Shown one piece after another: positions 61,459-64,000 of a stretch of DNA of 64,000 nt; positions within the stretch are counted from its first letter, which is position 1, and the number at the start of each line of letters is the position of its first letter. The notes beneath the pieces are model-generated. The model had not been told where the DNA came from. It saw only the letters and a program-made list of their open reading frames with translations, and did no database searches. The DNA is from the human T2T-CHM13v2.0 reference genome, Homo sapiens. The stretch lies in NCBI RefSeq assembly GCF_009914755.1, contig NC_060931.1; one strand, given 5' to 3'. Made by a program: the position numbers and the translations under genes.

Positions 61459-61764
61459 AAGGGATGGAAAATACAGTCGTTTTAATACAAATGCTCAATT
61501 TTAGGAAATAAGTCATAATTGCATGTGAAAGGTTACATTTTAAGTGAAATAGTAATACTAATAGCTATTAAATAAGTCCTTCAAAGTGATGTGGACTCTT
61601 GGCCTTTAAAATCCAATATTATTTGAAAACTTCAATGTGACTTAAGAAAGTCGAGTCAGATTTGTTTACAGAATCATTCTGAGAGGGAGCATTAGGAGTG
61701 GAGCATGCGATTCTTTTTTCTGTTCCCCGCTCATGAAGGCTTGTGTTCTAAAATATTTAAGTCA

Positions 61765-62115
61765 ATGATCATCGTTCAAGCTGCTATAACAAAATACTGT
61801 GAGGTGGGTGGCTTGCAGCAACAGACATTTTTTTCTCACAGTTTTGGAGGCTAGGAAGTCCAAGATCAAGGTACTAGCAGATTTGGTGTCTGGTAAGGGG
61901 CCACCTTCTGGTTCATAGATGGTACCTTCTCCCTGTGTCTTCATGTGGAGGAAGGGACACGGGGTCTGTCTTGGGCGTGTTTAATAAAAGCATGAAGCTC
62001 TCATATCTAAGCACCCCCCAAAGGCCCCACCTCCTAATACGATCCCCTCAGGGGTGAAGATTTCAACATATGAATTTGGGGAAGGAAAAGGATATAAACA
62101 TTCAGATCATAGCAA
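61765..62115 (-). mobile_element. MaLR LTR (MLT1A-like)
   Basis: gctgctataacaaaatac...ctcacagttttggaggctaggaagtccaagatcaagg...cattcagatcatagca. Confidence 0.85.
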
Positions 62116-62250
62116 TAATTTTCAAGTTAAAAATGATTACAGACTCAAAAAAAGTATTGCCAGTGATGGTCAATTTCCCAGTTTAACCCACATAAATATA
62201 ATAATGAACATAGCCTTTCCATGTGTTTGGACCTGGATGCTGAAGCCTAA

Positions 62251-62406
<156 letters not shown>

Positions 62407-62439
62407 TGATCACAAATAGAACTCAGCACTTTCCAAAAG

Positions 62440-62840
62440 ATTGTTTTGTTGAGGTGAAATTGATGTAAAATAAAATTGACTAAAGCGAACAAGTCAGTGG
62501 CATTTAGTACATTCACAGTTTTGTGCAACCATTGCCTCTAGCTACTTCCAGAATATTTTCATCACCCCAAAAGGAAACCCTGTACCCATGAAGCAGTTGC
62601 TCTCACTCTCACGCCCCTTTCCCCCAACCCCTGGCAACCATCAATCTGCCTTCTGTCTCAATGGATTTGCCTATTCTGGATATGCCATATAAATAGAATC
62701 ATACAAAATGTAGTCTTTCGTGTCTGGCTTCTTTGACTTAGCCTACTGTTTTGAGGTTCATCCATGTTGTATGTAGCATGTTTCAGTATTTTATTCCTTT
62801 TTATAGCCAAATAACATTCCATTGCATGTATATATAACTC
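62440..62840 (-). mobile_element. L1MB 3' end
   Basis: gtggcatttagtacattcacagttttgtgcaacc...cctggcaaccatcaatctgccttctgtctc. Confidence 0.85.
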
Positions 62841-63361
62841 ATCACTTTTTGAAGACTACAAAAAGCTTGGCCTTACTTCAGTACAAAGCAGGAGCTTGTA
62901 CATGCCTTTCTCCAACTCCCAACCTGAACTTTCCTTCAGGTGATATCGTCCTCATATTGGTCGAGTCTCTGGCTTAACTCGATGTAGAGGCTTGCAGAGA
63001 ACATTCCATCCAGGACCCAGCTTCTGAGCAGTGTGCATGGCTCCAGGGAAGGGTGTCTCATTTCCTACAGAATTGGAGCCCTCTCTGCCTCAATCCTGGT
63101 TTGCCACAACACGGTTCTAACCGTGGCCTTCACCAAAGCTAATGTCTAACCCCTCCTAAATACTCACCTTGCACACTGCCAGACCTGTCTTCCTGAAACA
63201 TTGTTTTCATCAGGCCACTTCCCTACCCACAAAACAAGTTCCTTATTACTTATAGATTTGAAGGGTTTTGTTAGCCTCACAACTCTTCATTTACAATATC
63301 ACAGAGAAATCCCATCAATACAGTAGAGAGTGAGCTGGGGGCATCGCCTCAGCCTCCCTCA

Positions 63362-63816
<455 letters not shown>

Positions 63817-64000
63817 TTACTGTTGCCTGCATATTTCCTCCTCTTTCTTGTTATTCTTTATTTTTCCTGCCAGGAATGTCCTCCTTCTTCCCTCCACTTG
63901 CACAAGCCCTTTGCACGCTGCTCATAGCTTCACTTCCTTTCTGAAGTTTTCCTTGCTTCTACCTTGGCACACATAGATTTCTCCTCTCTCTGAATGCCTC

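Overview
This is primate (most likely human) genomic DNA from the 3' half of HECW1 (NEDL1), a NEDD4-family HECT E3 ubiquitin ligase, transcribed on the + strand. Eleven GT-AG coding exons (2113-62377, 1276 nt, about 425 codons) splice into one open frame. They run from ASEVSRNRG through the helical bundle before the HECT domain and most of the HECT domain to NNTEYRG; the catalytic Cys exon lies beyond the window. A 32-kb intron (19160-51205) splits the HECT domain. The rest is intron full of repeats: about 22 Alus, L1, L2, MIR, MaLR/ERV LTRs, MER20, MER58, Tigger3 and a near-full-length Tigger2. Nearly all ORFs in the supplied track are repeat-derived or incidental. I found no new multi-gene system, CRISPR array or intact novel gene. 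The best leads are: (1) a CpG-rich intronic segment with a Kozak ATG and a donor in phase with the next HECT exon (possible internal first exon); (2) an Alu insertion that separated an in-frame alternative acceptor from its exon; (3) a nested 45-bp hairpin built by template switching; (4) a minus-strand transcript signature matching my recollection of the lncRNA LUARIS; (5) unusual retroposition products (tailless Alu, tailless tRNA-Lys copy, possible L1 3' transduction). Repeat subfamily names and gene or lncRNA identities come from recognition, not database searches, and repeat boundaries are approximate.
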